Source: Malacoraja senta
Lineage: Eukaryota
DNA length: 64,000 nucleotides
Direction of reading: 5' to 3'
Assembly (NCBI GenBank): GCA_038087875.1
Contig: JAXLNO010000245.1
Span: 1-64,000 of the forward strand
Shown: one piece after another, positions 1 through 12,210 of the stretch
Layout: every line of letters starts with the position of its first letter
How positions within the stretch are numbered: position 1 is the stretch's first letter
Position numbers and translations under genes: made by a program
Notes under the pieces: generated by a model
The model's database searches: none
Told to the model about the DNA's origin: nothing
What the model saw: only the letters and a program-made list of their open reading frames with translations

Positions 1-1487
1 CCTCTGGACTCAATGTTCTGTCTGATGAAGGCCAATGTGACAAAAGCCATTTAAACCACCAGATCTCCATGTGATGTTACTTTAAACACACTGTGTACCT
101 GTCTTCATAGATACCTCTGCTCTATATTTGATTCACTTTTCTGTCTTGGTTCCAGCTCATCGGTACTGACACCTCTGGACTCACTGATGGTGTCACTTCC
201 CATCTGTGTCTGATTCTCAACACACTTGCACCACAGCTGAACATCCAAATAATGACCAATCTAGACTTCACTGCTCTTCCAAGTGTAGCACTCGCTCTCC
301 TCAGTTGTACTTCAAATATCTGCCAGCCCCTTTTGTGTAGTTCTGGTCACCATATCATAGAAATGATGTCCTATTGCCAGAGGCAGTGCAGACCAGATTC
401 ACCAGGATGATTTCAGGAATGGACAGCGTTAGTCCAATGGTCCTTTATTGTCACGTGTACTGAGGTACAGTGACATTTGATTTGTTAAACAATGATACAA
501 ATAAAGCATCAAGATACATAACTAGATAAAGATTAAACAGAAACATAAACTTGATAGAAGACAGATTGGATCGGGTGGGATTGGAGAAAATCGTGTCTCT
601 TTGGAGCAAGAATACAGAGGGGCGACCTTACTGAGGCTTGTAAAATGATGTCAACTACAGCAGGATTGAGTGGATGGTCACGGATATTTCTCAGGCTGGG
701 AGAATCTAAACCCAGAGACCAAGTTTAATAGAAAGGGGAAAGATTGAAGGGAATTCTGACGGGCAGGTATTCCACACCAAAGGTGGAGCAATCTTTACAT
801 GAGGAGGTGGGGCAGATACCATCACCGCAAATAAACAGCATTTTGACGGCCGTTTGTCTCGGATAGGAATGGAAGGAAATGGGTCAAATACAAGTGAATG
901 AGATCACCCTAGATAGACATTTTGGTCTGCATGGACGTCGGGCCGAAGGGCCTGTTTCCATGCTGTTTCCGTGCCCATTTCACACACCACTGGAATCAGC
1001 GGTTCTGTAAACTCTAGTGTGCTCTGTCTGTCATCGACCTCCCCAGTTGGAGCCACATTGCAGACACATCACTGACTACACAACAGTGGCGATACTGTGT
1101 TAAAGAAGGAACTGCAGATGCTGGAAAATCGAAGGTACACGAACATGCTGGAGAAACACAGCGGGTGCAGCAGCATCTATGGAGCGAAGGAAATAGGTAA
1201 CGTTTCGGGCCGAAACCCTTCTTCAGACTGATAGGGGGTGGGGAGAAGAAAGGAAAAAAGGAAAAGGCGGAGGTGGAGCCCGAGGGCTGGGGGAGGGGAG
1301 GAGACAACCAGATGGCTGATGAAGGGGAGGGGACAGCCAGGGCTAGCAGAATTGGGAGAATTCAACGTTCATGCCACCAGGATGTAGACTGCCCAAGCGG
1401 AATATGAGGTGCATTTCCTCCAATTTACGGTGTTGCTCGCTGTGGCCATGGAGGAGACCCAGGACAGAGAGGTCAGATACGGAATGG

Positions 1488-3283
1488 AATCTGACGACAA
1501 GGGAGGTGCCGTGGTAGTCTGGCGCGTCGACCTCTACAAAGCTGAGGCCACGCGCCAACTCTCGGACACCTCTTCCTACTTACCCCTGGACCATGACCCC
1601 ACTGACGAGCACCAGGCCACCATCTCCAGCACCATCACCAACTTCATCCACTCCCACGCCCTGCCCGAACGAGCCTCCAACCTCATCGTTCCCCAGCCCC
1701 GCACAGCCCGCTTTTACCTTCTCCCCAAAATCCACAAACCTGACTGTCCCGGTAGACCCATTGTCTCTGCCTGTTCTTGCCCCACCGAACTCATCTCCAC
1801 CTACCTCGACTCCATACTATCCCCCTTGGTTAAATCCCTCCCCACCTATGTTCAAGACACCTCAGACACTCTCCGTCATCTCCGCGCATTCCACTCTCTA
1901 GGCCCTCACCCCCTCATCTTCACCAAGGACGTCCAGTCACTGTACACCTCCATCCCCCACCAGGATGGTCTCAAAGCCCTCCGTTTTTTCCTCGACTGTA
2001 GAAGCAATCTATACCCGGCCACTGACACCCTCCTCCGCCTAGCGGAGCTGGTACTTACACTTAATAACTTTTCATTTGACTCCTCCCATTTCCACCAAAT
2101 ACAAGGCGTAGCTATGGGCACACGCATGGGCCCCAGCTACGCCTGCCTCTTTGTCGGGTACGTAGAACAATCCTTGTTCAATGCGTACCAGGGCCCCATC
2201 CCCGACCTCTACCTCCGCTACATCGATGATTGTTTTGGTGCCACATCCTGCACCCACACACAACTGACTGACTTCATCCGCTTCACCACCAACTTCCATC
2301 CGGCACTCAAATACACCTGGACCATTTCCGACACTTCCCTACCATTCCTTGACCTCACTATCTCCATCGCAGGTGATAGACTCCTTACCGACATCCACTA
2401 CAAACCTACCGACTCCCATGGCTATCTGGACTACACTTCTTCCCACCCTGCTTCCTGTAAGGACTCCATCCCCCACTCCCAATTCCTCCGTCTACGCCGC
2501 ATCTGCTCCCAGGATGAGGCGTTCCACACCAGGGCATCTGAAATGTCCTCATTCTTCAGGGAACGGGGGTTCCCATCCTCCACCATAGATGAGGCTCGCA
2601 CCAGGGTCTCTGCCATACCCCGCAACACTGCTCTCTCTCCCCATCCCCCCACTCACAACAAAGGCAGAGTCCCCCTAGTCCTCACCTTTCACCCCACCAG
2701 CCGTCACATACAACAAGTGATCCTCCGTCAGTTTCGCCACCTCCAACGTGACCCCACCACTCGCCACATCTTCCCATCTCCCCCTATGTCTGCCTTCCGC
2801 AAAGACCGCTCCCTCCGTAACTCCCTTGTCAATTCTTCCCTTCCCTCCCATACCACCCCCTCCCTTGGTACTTTCCCTTGCAACCGCAAGAGATGCAACA
2901 CTTGTCCCTTCACTTCCCCCCTCCACTCCATTCAAGGACCCAAGCAGTCGTTCCAGGTGCGACAGAGGTTCACCTGCATCTCCTCCAACCTCATCTATTG
3001 CATTCGCTGCTCTAGATGCCAGCTGATCTACATCGGTGAGACCAAGCGGAGGCTTGGCGATCGTTTCGCCGAACACCTCCGGTCGGTCCGCAATAACCAA
3101 CCTGAACTCCCGGTGGCTCAGCACTTCAACTCCCCCTCCCATTCCGTATCTGACCTCTCTGTCCTGGGTCTCCTCCATGGCCACAGCGAGCAACACCGTA
3201 AATTGGAGGAAATGCATCTCATATTCCGCTTGGGCAGTCTACATCCTGGTGGCCTGAACGTTGAATTCTCCCAATTCTGCTAG
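1488..3283 (+). CDS. Penelope RT + GIY-YIG endonuclease, N-terminally truncated, uninterrupted frame
   Basis: Motifs DKGGAVVV, FYLLPKIHKP..GRPIVS, DVQSLYTSIP, GVAMGTRMGPSYA, RYIDD, a CxxxxCxxC linker and IYCIRC..YIGETKRRL..RFAEH. The ORF-track start at 1409 lies in the antisense pseudo-LTR and is not a real start. Confidence 0.9.
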
Positions 3284-3395
3284 CCCTGGCTGTCCCCTCC
3301 CCTTCATCAGCCATCTGGTTGTCTCCTCCCCTCCCCCAGCCCTCGGGCTCCTCCTCCGCCTTTTCCTTTTTTCCTTTCTTCTCCCCACCCCCTAT

Positions 3396-3431
3396 CAGTC
3401 TGAAGAAGGGTTTCGGCCCGAAACGTTACCT
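3396..3431 (+). ncRNA. Minimal hammerhead-ribozyme-like motif in Penelope pseudo-LTR (inverted copy at 1196-1230)
   Basis: CTGAAGA (3400-3406), a, stem II gggt-TTCG-gccc, GAAA, palindromic cgtt. Stem I is weak (about 2 bp). Confidence 0.5.
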
Positions 3432-3854
3432 ATTTCCTTCGCTCCATAGATGCTGCTGCACCCGCTGTGTTTCTCCAGCATTTTCGTGTAGTGGCGATAC
3501 TGTATTGGGTGGTGCTGTCACTAACAACGGAGGCTCATCTTTCATCTCCCTCCCAAGTGTCCAACAGGTGCTTCACTATCCTCAAACTAAACTCTAGCCT
3601 GGAAATCGAAGGAATTCAACATCAATAGCTGTCCAATTTTCTCAAAGCTGCAAATTAAACAACAAAATGATATAACTGTCTGTCATATACGTTGGTCATT
3701 TTAATATGTCACTGATTATTGAAGTGTCTTTCAGTTTCCACGTGTACCAGGTATACACAGCAGGAACGGAGAAATGCTCTCTTGAATTAATTGATAAATA
3801 GGCACAGAAATACAGACTGAGTGTGTAAGAGCTCTCTCTAAATTCACTTTGAAG

Positions 3855-4340
3855 TATGAAGGGTATCATATAGAAACATTCAATTCTTAAGGGATTGGAC
3901 AGGCAATAACTGTTCACGATGTTGGGGGAGTCCAGAAACAGGGGTCGCAGTTTATTAAATAAGGGATCGGCCATTTCAGACTGAGGTGAGGAAAATATTT
4001 TTCATCCAGAGTGTTGCGAATCTGTGGAATTATCTGACACAGAAGGTAGTGGAGGCCAATTCATTGGATGTTTTCAAGTAAGATTTAGAGTCTGAAGAAG
4101 GGTCCCGACCTGAAACGTCGCATATTCCTTCTCTCCGTAGATGCTGCCTCACCCGCTGAGTTTCTCCAGATTTTAAAAAAATCTATGTTAGATATAGCTG
4201 TTTGGGCTAACGAATCAAGGGATATTTTGAGAAAGCAGGAACGGGGTATTGATTGAGGATGATCAGCCATGATCATATAGAATGGCACGAAGGGCCGAAT
4301 GGCCTACTCCTGCACCTATTTTCTATATGTCTATGTTTCT
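3855..4340 (+). mobile_element. CR1 LINE 3' fragment with nested Penelope-type tail (~4088-4170)
   Basis: CR1 C-terminal and 3'UTR sequence (gatcagccatgatc..ggcctactcctgcacc) and a ctatgtttct tail. Confidence 0.75.
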
Positions 4341-5254
4341 AAACCCCTGTGGACAGCCCAGACGGATGAGTTGGTCATTTACATTGACCGACCTTGCTGT
4401 CTGATCTGTGGGTTTGAATTCACATCTACCTGTCGACTGGTCTGAAGTAGTTCACGACAAAATATACTGCAGATTAAATAGACTCACAGCTAGTGTTCAC
4501 CGGCTGGAACTAATATTCCCACTGGACGAAGGATACAGCACCGTTACGTAACTACCCCCTTCTCACTTCTGAACTTTAATTTTCCACATTATGTGTTTTT
4601 CTTTCCATTGTATCCCGGAGAGAGGCAATTAGTATTTCTAACCACTGTTAATTAAGATGAAAACAATAAGTTAATGCATCTTCATGTGCCGTGTTTACCA
4701 GCATGGATAGAGCAGCAAGATGGAGTTAGTGCTCATTACAGATAAGATTAATTATGGATACTGAACTTCAGTTAACCCTTTCTAGTCAAACATTTGAAAT
4801 AACAACCAGTTGCCAGTTCCGTCGCACACTACCCAGATATATTTTCACCAGTGGTAACACTGACAACATTTGCCTTGTAGCAGATTGGACATGTTTACAG
4901 GTTACCTATCCATGTGCGACAATTGGACAAACTGCTGTAATAATAATGTTAAAAAGTGTGATTAACCGGGTTTGTCTTAAAATGAATCTGTTCTACGATC
5001 CCAGCGCAGAGATCCATGGCCAAGTGAGGAATATCTTACTGCACTATTTGTACACACACACACCCTCCAGTTATAGTCATAGAGACATGGAGTCTCACAG
5101 CATCTTCAGCCCAGCCTGCCTGCCTGCCTGCCCACACCGGCCAACATGTCCCATCCCCATATTCCTATAAATGGCCTGTCGGTCTGTCTGTCCATGCACC
5201 TGTCTAAATGTTCCTTAAAGTTTGCCATAGTACTTTTTAGTTCAGACCTTTATA

Positions 5255-6890
5255 TAGTTACAAGGAGAGATAGCTGAATGGATTGAAATTTGGCTTCAGG
5301 GAAGGAAGCAGAGGGTGATGGTGGAAGGAAGGTTGCTTCTCAGACTGGAGGCCTGTGACTAGTGGTGTGCCTCAGTGTTCAGTGCTGGGCCCGTTACTGT
5401 TTGTCATCTACATCAATGATTTGGATGAGAACTTACAGAGCAAGTTTAGCAAGTTTGCAGATGATACAAAAGTGGGTAGTTTGGCAGATACTGAATATGG
5501 TTGTGATTAATTACAGTAGGATCTGGATCGATTGGCCAAGTGTGCTGGGGAATGGTTGGTGGAATTTAATGTAGAGAATTGTGTGGTATTGCATTTTGGG
5601 AAGTCTAACATGGGGAGGATCTACACAGTGAATGGTAGGGCAAGAGGTACAATTGTAGAGCAGAGAGATCTTGGAGTGCAGGTGCACAGTTCCTTGAAGG
5701 TGGAATCACAGTTGCTGTAGTTCGGATGGTCAAAAAGGCTTTTGGCACATTGGCCTTTACCTGGCAGAGTATTGAGTGTAGAGTTTGGGAGGTCATCTTG
5801 CAGTTGTATCAGACCTTAGTGAGGCCACATTTGGAGTATTGTGTTCAGTTCTGGGTACTGTGTTATTGGAAAGATGTTGCCAAACTAGAACCTTTACAGA
5901 TATATTTTACAAGGATGCAGCAGCCAGGGTCTGGCCTATGGGGAGTGGTTGAGTGGGCAGGGAACCTATTCCTTGCACAGAAGGAAGAAGGGTGATCTTA
6001 TAGAGGTGTATAAGATCATGAGAGGGATATATTGGGTAGAAGCACAGATTCTCTTGCCCTGAATAGAATAATCGAGATGACATAGGTTTAAGGTGAAGGG
6101 GAAAATATTTAATAGGAATCTGAGGGATACCTTTTTCACACAAATGGTGTGGATGTATGGAACAAGATGCCAGAGGAGGTAGTTGAGGCAGGGACTTACC
6201 TACCATTTATGACACAGTTTGATGACACAGTTTGAATAGGATAGGTTTGAAGGGATTTGGACCAACTGCAGGCAGGTGGGACTAGAGTGAATAGGGCATG
6301 TTGTCCGGTGTGGGCAAGTTGGGCTGAAGGGCCTGTTTCCACACCGTATGATGATATGGGTACTGTGTTGAACCATCTCCTCTTGCAGCTGGTTCCACAC
6401 ACCCACCACCCTCTGTGTGAAAATGACCCATTTGGTTCCTATTCAATCTCCCCCCCCATCTTAAAGTTGTCCTCAGGATCTTGATTCCCCTAATCTGTGC
6501 GTCGACCCTATCTATATCTCTCAATATTTTAGTCACCTTGACAATATCATCCCTCATCCTCCTGTGCACCAAGAAATAAATCTCTAGCCTGCTGAATCTG
6601 ATCTAGATCAGGCCCTCAAATCTTGGCAACATCCTCGCAAATCTTCTCTATGGCATTTCCACCTTGACACCATTTTACCGATACTAATGTGTCCAAAACT
6701 GAACACAACACTGTAAATGTGGTCTCACCAACGTCTTGTACATGTGCAACATGACCACGGCATCTCTAGACTCAATGTTCTGACTGATGAAGGCCAATGT
6801 GACAAAAGCCTTTTTGACCACCCTATCTCCGTGTGATGCTACTCTCAACGTACTGTACCTGTCGTGTGAGATCCCTCTGCTGTTTAATTA
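5255..6890. mobile_element. Degenerate CR1 fragments (+ then - orientation)
   Basis: Frameshifted RT remnants ([31 protein letters not shown]) followed by an antisense CR1 piece. Confidence 0.8.
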
Positions 6891-7084
6891 ATTCACCTTT
6901 TTACCTTGGTTCCAGCTCAGTGGTTCTGACACCTTATTACAGATGAGATTCATTATGGATACTGAACATGCGTTAACCCTTTAAAGTCCAACATTTAAAC
7001 TAAAAATAACAAAGTTTTTACCTCTCCCTCTAGATCAGGCCCTCGTGTCCTGGCAACATCCTCGTAAATCTTCTCTACGCCCTC

Positions 7085-7253
7085 AGACACAAAATACTGG
7101 AGTAACTCAGTGGGTGGGTCAGGCAGCATCTCTGGTGAGAAGGAATGGGTGACGTTTCGGGTCGAGACACTTCTTCATACTGACCCGCTGAGTTACTCCA
7201 GCATTTTGTGTCTACCTTCGGTTTAAACCAGCATCTGCAGTTCCTTCTTACAC
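7085..7253. mobile_element. Short foldback Penelope-tail derivative (paralogous copies at ~18716, ~47443, ~49886)
   Basis: agacacaaaatgctggagtaactcagcggg ... cccgctgagttactccagcattttgtgtct inverted arms. Homologous to the Penelope end at 1100-1230. Confidence 0.65.
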
Positions 7254-7384
7254 AGAGTGAGATTATAAGACTGGAGTTACTTTTTAACCACCTGTCTCAC
7301 TCCCTGCCTCATCTCCCTTCCTACCTGTGTCATTGCTAGTAATATGGACTATGAGCTCTGGCTGCTCATCTCCCCCTTTCAGAA

Positions 7385-8350
7385 TAGAAACATAGAAACA
7401 TAGAACATAGGCGCAGGACAAGGCCATTCGGCCCTTGAGCCAGCACCGCCATTCAATATGATCATGGCTGATCATCCAAAATCAGTACCCCGTTCTTGCT
7501 TTCTCCCCATCTCCCTTGATTCCGTTAGCCCTAAGAGCAATAACTAACACTCTCTTGAAAACATCTGGTGAATTGGTCTCCCCAGCCTTCTGTGCGAGAG
7601 AATTCCACAGATTCACAACTCTTTGGGTGGAAAAGGTTTTCCTCATCTCAGTCCTAAATGGCCGACCCCTTATTCTTAAACTGTGACATCTGGGTCTGGA
7701 CTCCTCCAACATCGGGAAGATTTTTCCTGCATCTGGACTGTCCAATCCCTTGAGTATTTTATATGTATCTATAAGATCCACTCTAATCCTTCTAAATGCC
7801 AGTGGATATAAGCCAATCGATCAATTCTTTCATCATATGTCAGTCGCGCCATCCCGGCGATAAAGCTGGTGAACCTACGCTGCATTCCCTCTATAGCAAT
7901 AATGTCCTTACTCAAATTAGGGAGACCAAAACTGCAAACAATACTCCAGGTGTAGTCTCACCAGTGCCCTGTACAACTGCAGTTGGACCTCCTTGCTCCT
8001 ATACTGAAATCATCTTGCTATGAAGGCCAACATGCCATTAGCTTTCTTCACTACCTGCTGTATCTGCCTTCTTGTTCTTACCACCAAAGTGGATAACCTC
8101 ACATGTATCCACATTATACTAAATCTTCCATGCATCTGCCCACTCACCCAACCTATCCGTCAACCTGCAGCCTCATAGCACCCTCCTCGCAGCACACACT
8201 GCCACCCAGCTTTGTGTCATATACAAACGGAGATGTTACATTTAATTCCTTTGGCTACATTGTTAATATCTATTGTCAATAACTGGGGTCCCAGCACTGA
8301 GCCTTGCGGCACTCCGCTAGTCACTGCCTGCCATTATGAAAAGTACCCAA
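7385..8350 (-). mobile_element. CR1 LINE 3' fragment
   Basis: ORF remnants (YKILKGLD..TQRVVNLWNSL) and an (aaacatag)n tail at 7385-7410. Confidence 0.85.
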
Positions 8351-8454
8351 TGTCCTGTGTCCGCTCAGATCTGGCACCAGATAGGCAACACATCGTAATG
8401 TAGTCTCGCCCATGGCCGCAGAAACAGCAGAGTCCCCATCACTATTTGAGCAAC

Positions 8455-9903
8455 TTGTATTTTATTTATTTTATTTAATTCTTTATTTCGAACAGAATAA
8501 AAGAATAAAAAGCAAGTGTGAAACAGCACAGAAAAAAACAAAACATGAATATTAATAAAGTGTCATAAACAATATCTATAAATAAATGAAATCGTATGTG
8601 TCCGAACAGGAGCAGGAAGAAGCCAAAGCTTATTAATTCCCACCTCTTATTCAACTGTTTATAATGATCTTATACAGATTTAGCAGCTAAATGTACACCA
8701 TATGTACACCAGCAGCTATATGTACATCATATGTACACCAGCAGCTATATGTACACCATATGTACACCAGCAGCTATATGTACACCATATGTACACCAGC
8801 AGCTATATGTACATCATATGTACACCAGCAGCTATATGTACACCATATGTACACCACAGCTATATGTACACCATACGTACACCAGCAACTATATGTACAC
8901 CAAATTATTTACATTTATACACTAATCTAATATTTACAAAGCCATACAAAAAAAGTGAGAAAAAAAGAAAATAAATCCCCTTGATATACGATAGAGTATC
9001 TCTTAGCCATATATACAACCCATCACCCTATAATCACCCTTCCCAATACAATCAGTATAACAAATATCCCACTCACAATCACCTATCCTCATCCCAATAT
9101 CCTTTTAAAAAGTGTTTTTGTACATCTGTTTAAACTGAATCATTTGTGCTAAGTTTTATCTCCTGTTCCAAACCATTCCACAAATTCACCCAACAGATTG
9201 CTATGCACATACATTTAAGAGTTGTTCTGACATTGAGTTTTTTAAAATTAAGTTCCCCTCTCAAATTATACCCACCCTGTCTTTCCATAAACAGATTTTG
9301 TATATTTCCTGGAAGTAAATTATTTCTTGCTTTGCACATGATTTGTGCAGTTTTAAATTTAACCAGATCGGTGAACTTCAGTGTGTGTAACTTTAAGAAT
9401 AATAAATTGGTATGTTCAGGATATCCAACGTTATTGATCATTCTTATTGCTCTTTTTTGTAATGTACATAACGGCTGTAGGTTGGTTTTGTAGGTGTTAC
9501 CCCATATCTCCACACAGTAACTCATATATGGCAATATGAGTGTATTATACAGAGTATGTAACGATTTGTGGTCCAGAATGTGTCTTGATTTTCCCAATAT
9601 TGCTACTGACTTAGCCAGTTTTGCTTTGACGTGGTTTATATGTGGTTTCCAGCAGATTTTGTGGTCTAAGATCACACCAAGAAATCTATTTTCATATACT
9701 CTTTCTATACTTATGTTATCTATTTTCAATTGTACTTGAGGGGTTGTTTTATGTTTTCCAAATAGCATAATCTTTCTTTTGCTTAAAGTTAAAGACAATT
9801 TGTTGACATCAAACCACTGTTTTAATTTATTCATTTCTGATGTGATGACCTCCAAAAGCAGCTTCAAATTGTCACCGGAACAAAAACTGTTCGTATCATC
9901 GTA
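8455..9903 (-). mobile_element. 5'-truncated L2/CR1-group LINE (Crack/Daphne-like)
   Basis: DDTN..WFDVNKLSL..FLGVILD..LILPYMSYCVEIWG RT C-terminus (ORF 9130-9867) and an (AAAT)n tail at ~8458-8480. The clade assignment is tentative. Confidence 0.8.
8683..8901. repeat. 29-bp minisatellite, about 7.5 units
   Basis: Unit atgtacaccatatgtacaccagcagctat. Confidence 0.95.
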
Positions 9904-10950
9904 TTTTGGACACCATATCTGAGGAAGGATAGGCTGGCTCTGGAGAGGGTCCAGAGGTGGTTTACAAGAATGATCCCAGGAATGAGTAGGTTAACCTATG
10001 ATGAGCGTTTGTCGGCACTGGGCCTGTACTCGCTGGAGTTTAGAAGAATGAGGCGGGACCTCATTGAAACGTACAGAATAGTGAAAGGCTTTGATAGAGT
10101 GGATGTGGAGAAGATGTTTCCACTAGTGGTTGATTCGAGGACTAGAGGCCGGAGCCTCAGTATTAAAGGATGTTCATGTTGGAAGGAGAGGAGGAGGAAT
10201 TTCTTCAGTCAGAGGGAGGTGAATATGCGAAATTCTTTGCCAGAGAATGCTGCGGAGGCCAAGTCAGTGGATATTTGTAAGGCATAGGTAGAAAGATTCT
10301 TGATTAGTACAAAAATCAGGGGTTGTTGAGGGAGTGCAGCGTAGGTTTACAAGGTTAATTCCCGGGATGGTGGGACTGTCATACGCTGAGAGAATGGAGC
10401 AGCTGGGCTTGTATACCCTGGGATTTAGAAGGATGAGAGGGTATATTATTGAAACATACAAGATTATTAAGGGTTTGGACACGCTAGAGGCAGGAAACAT
10501 GTTACCGATGTTGGGGGAGTCCAGAACCAGGGGAAAAAGGGAAGTGCAACGAGACCTGGATGTCTTTGTGCATCAGTCACTGAAAGTAAAGATGTGGGTA
10601 CAACAGGCAGTGAAGAAAGCAAATGAAATGTTGGCCTTCATAACAAGATGATTTGAGTACAGGAGTAAATAGGTCCTTCTGCAGTTGGACAGGGCCCTGC
10701 TGAGACCATATCTGGAGAATTATGTGAAATTTGGTCTCCTAATTTGAAGAAAGACATCCTTGCTATTGAGGCAGTGCAGCGTAGGTTCATGCGGTGAAGA
10801 CGGAGATGAGAAAAAACTTCACCCAGAGAGTTGTGAATTTGTGGAATTCTCTGCCACAGAAGGCAGCAGAGGCCAATTCACCGGATGCATTTAAAATAGT
10901 TCGATAGAGCTCTTGGGGCTAGCGGAATCAAGGGGTATGGGGAGAAGGCA
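9904..10950 (+). mobile_element. Patchwork of CR1 3' fragments
   Basis: Repeated QRRFTRLIPGM / LGLYSLEFRRMR / YKIIKGLD remnants. Confidence 0.8.
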
Positions 10951-11225
10951 GGGCCGGCCTTAGGAGGTGCGGGGCCCAATTGGAAACAATTTTGATGAGC
11001 CCCGGGTTCCCAGCCAAGGTCTGTAGAATGATAGAAATACAAATAAAGTCTATTATAGACTTTATATCTCTATGGTAGAATGGAAGGTAATCAAAATATG
11101 TGCTTAAAAAGTGCCTGTGAGTTAATGGACCAAACAGGTCTAAGCTACATATTAATATAAAATTGCACACATGTACCACAAGTAACAAACCAAATGTGTT
11201 GATCACCTTTGAAAAGTACATAGTT

Positions 11226-11757
11226 ACATAGAAACATAGAAACATAGAAATTAGGTGCAGGAGTAGGCCATTCGGCCCTTCGAGCCTGCACCGCCATTCA
11301 ATATGCTCATGGCTGATCATCCAACTCAGTATCCCGTACCTGCCTTCTCTCCATACCCTCTGATCCCTTTAGCCACAAGGGCCACATCTAGCTCCCTCTT
11401 AAATATAGCCAATGAACTGGCCTCGACTACCCTCTGTGGCAGAGAGTTCCAGAGATTCACCACTCTCTGTGTGAAAAAAGTTCTTCTCATCTCGGTTTTA
11501 AAGGATTTCCCCCTTATCCTTAAGCTGTGACCCCTTGTCCTGGACTTCCCCAACATCGGGAGCAATCTTCCTGCATCTAGCCTGTCCAACCCCTTAAGAA
11601 TTTTGTAAGTTTCTATAAGATCCCCTCTCAATCTCCTAAATTCTAGAGAGTATAAACCAAGTCTATCCAGTCTTTCTTCATAAGACAGTCCTGACATCCC
11701 AGGAATCAGTCTGGTGAACCTTCTCTGCACGCCCTCTATGGCAATAATGTCCTTCCT
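11226..11757 (-). mobile_element. Young CR1 3' fragment
   Basis: Open frame RKDIIAIEGVQRRFTRLIPGM...GIRGYGEKAGTGY and a clean (aaacatag)n tail. Confidence 0.9.
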
Positions 11758-11896
11758 AAAGTGGTTACAATACCTCTTTAGTGACTGTGAAATGGAAAAC
11801 AAAACTAGATCCTGGAAACCAATAACGTGTCCAGGCATTCAATGTTGGGCTTCAGCCCCATTCTACCCTTTGGGATTCTACCCCATCCTAACGTAG

Positions 11897-12210
<314 letters not shown>

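Larger units (their letters stand above)
1099..3489 (+). mobile_element. Penelope-like retroelement, 5'-truncated, with inverted pseudo-LTR and 14-bp TSD
   Basis: RT plus GIY-YIG ORF. 1145-1487 is the reverse complement of 3139-3481. Direct repeat agtggcgatactgt at 1085-1098 and 3490-3503. Confidence 0.95.
1..10950. repeat. Segmental duplication block A
   Basis: 1-760 matches 15322-16118. 4606-10950 is colinear with 16210-22170 and with block C (37116 onward), including identical TE junctions. Confidence 0.9.

Noticed and set aside
1409..1487. N-terminus of the Penelope ORF
   Set aside because: Derived from the antisense pseudo-LTR. The genuine RT sequence starts at ~1488.
4754..5170. ORF MDTELQLTL.. 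present in all three blocks (also 16347, 37252)
   Set aside because: Recurrence is explained by the duplication. A-versus-B changes are mostly non-synonymous (about 8 versus 4 by hand count), the ends differ, and no family is recognised.
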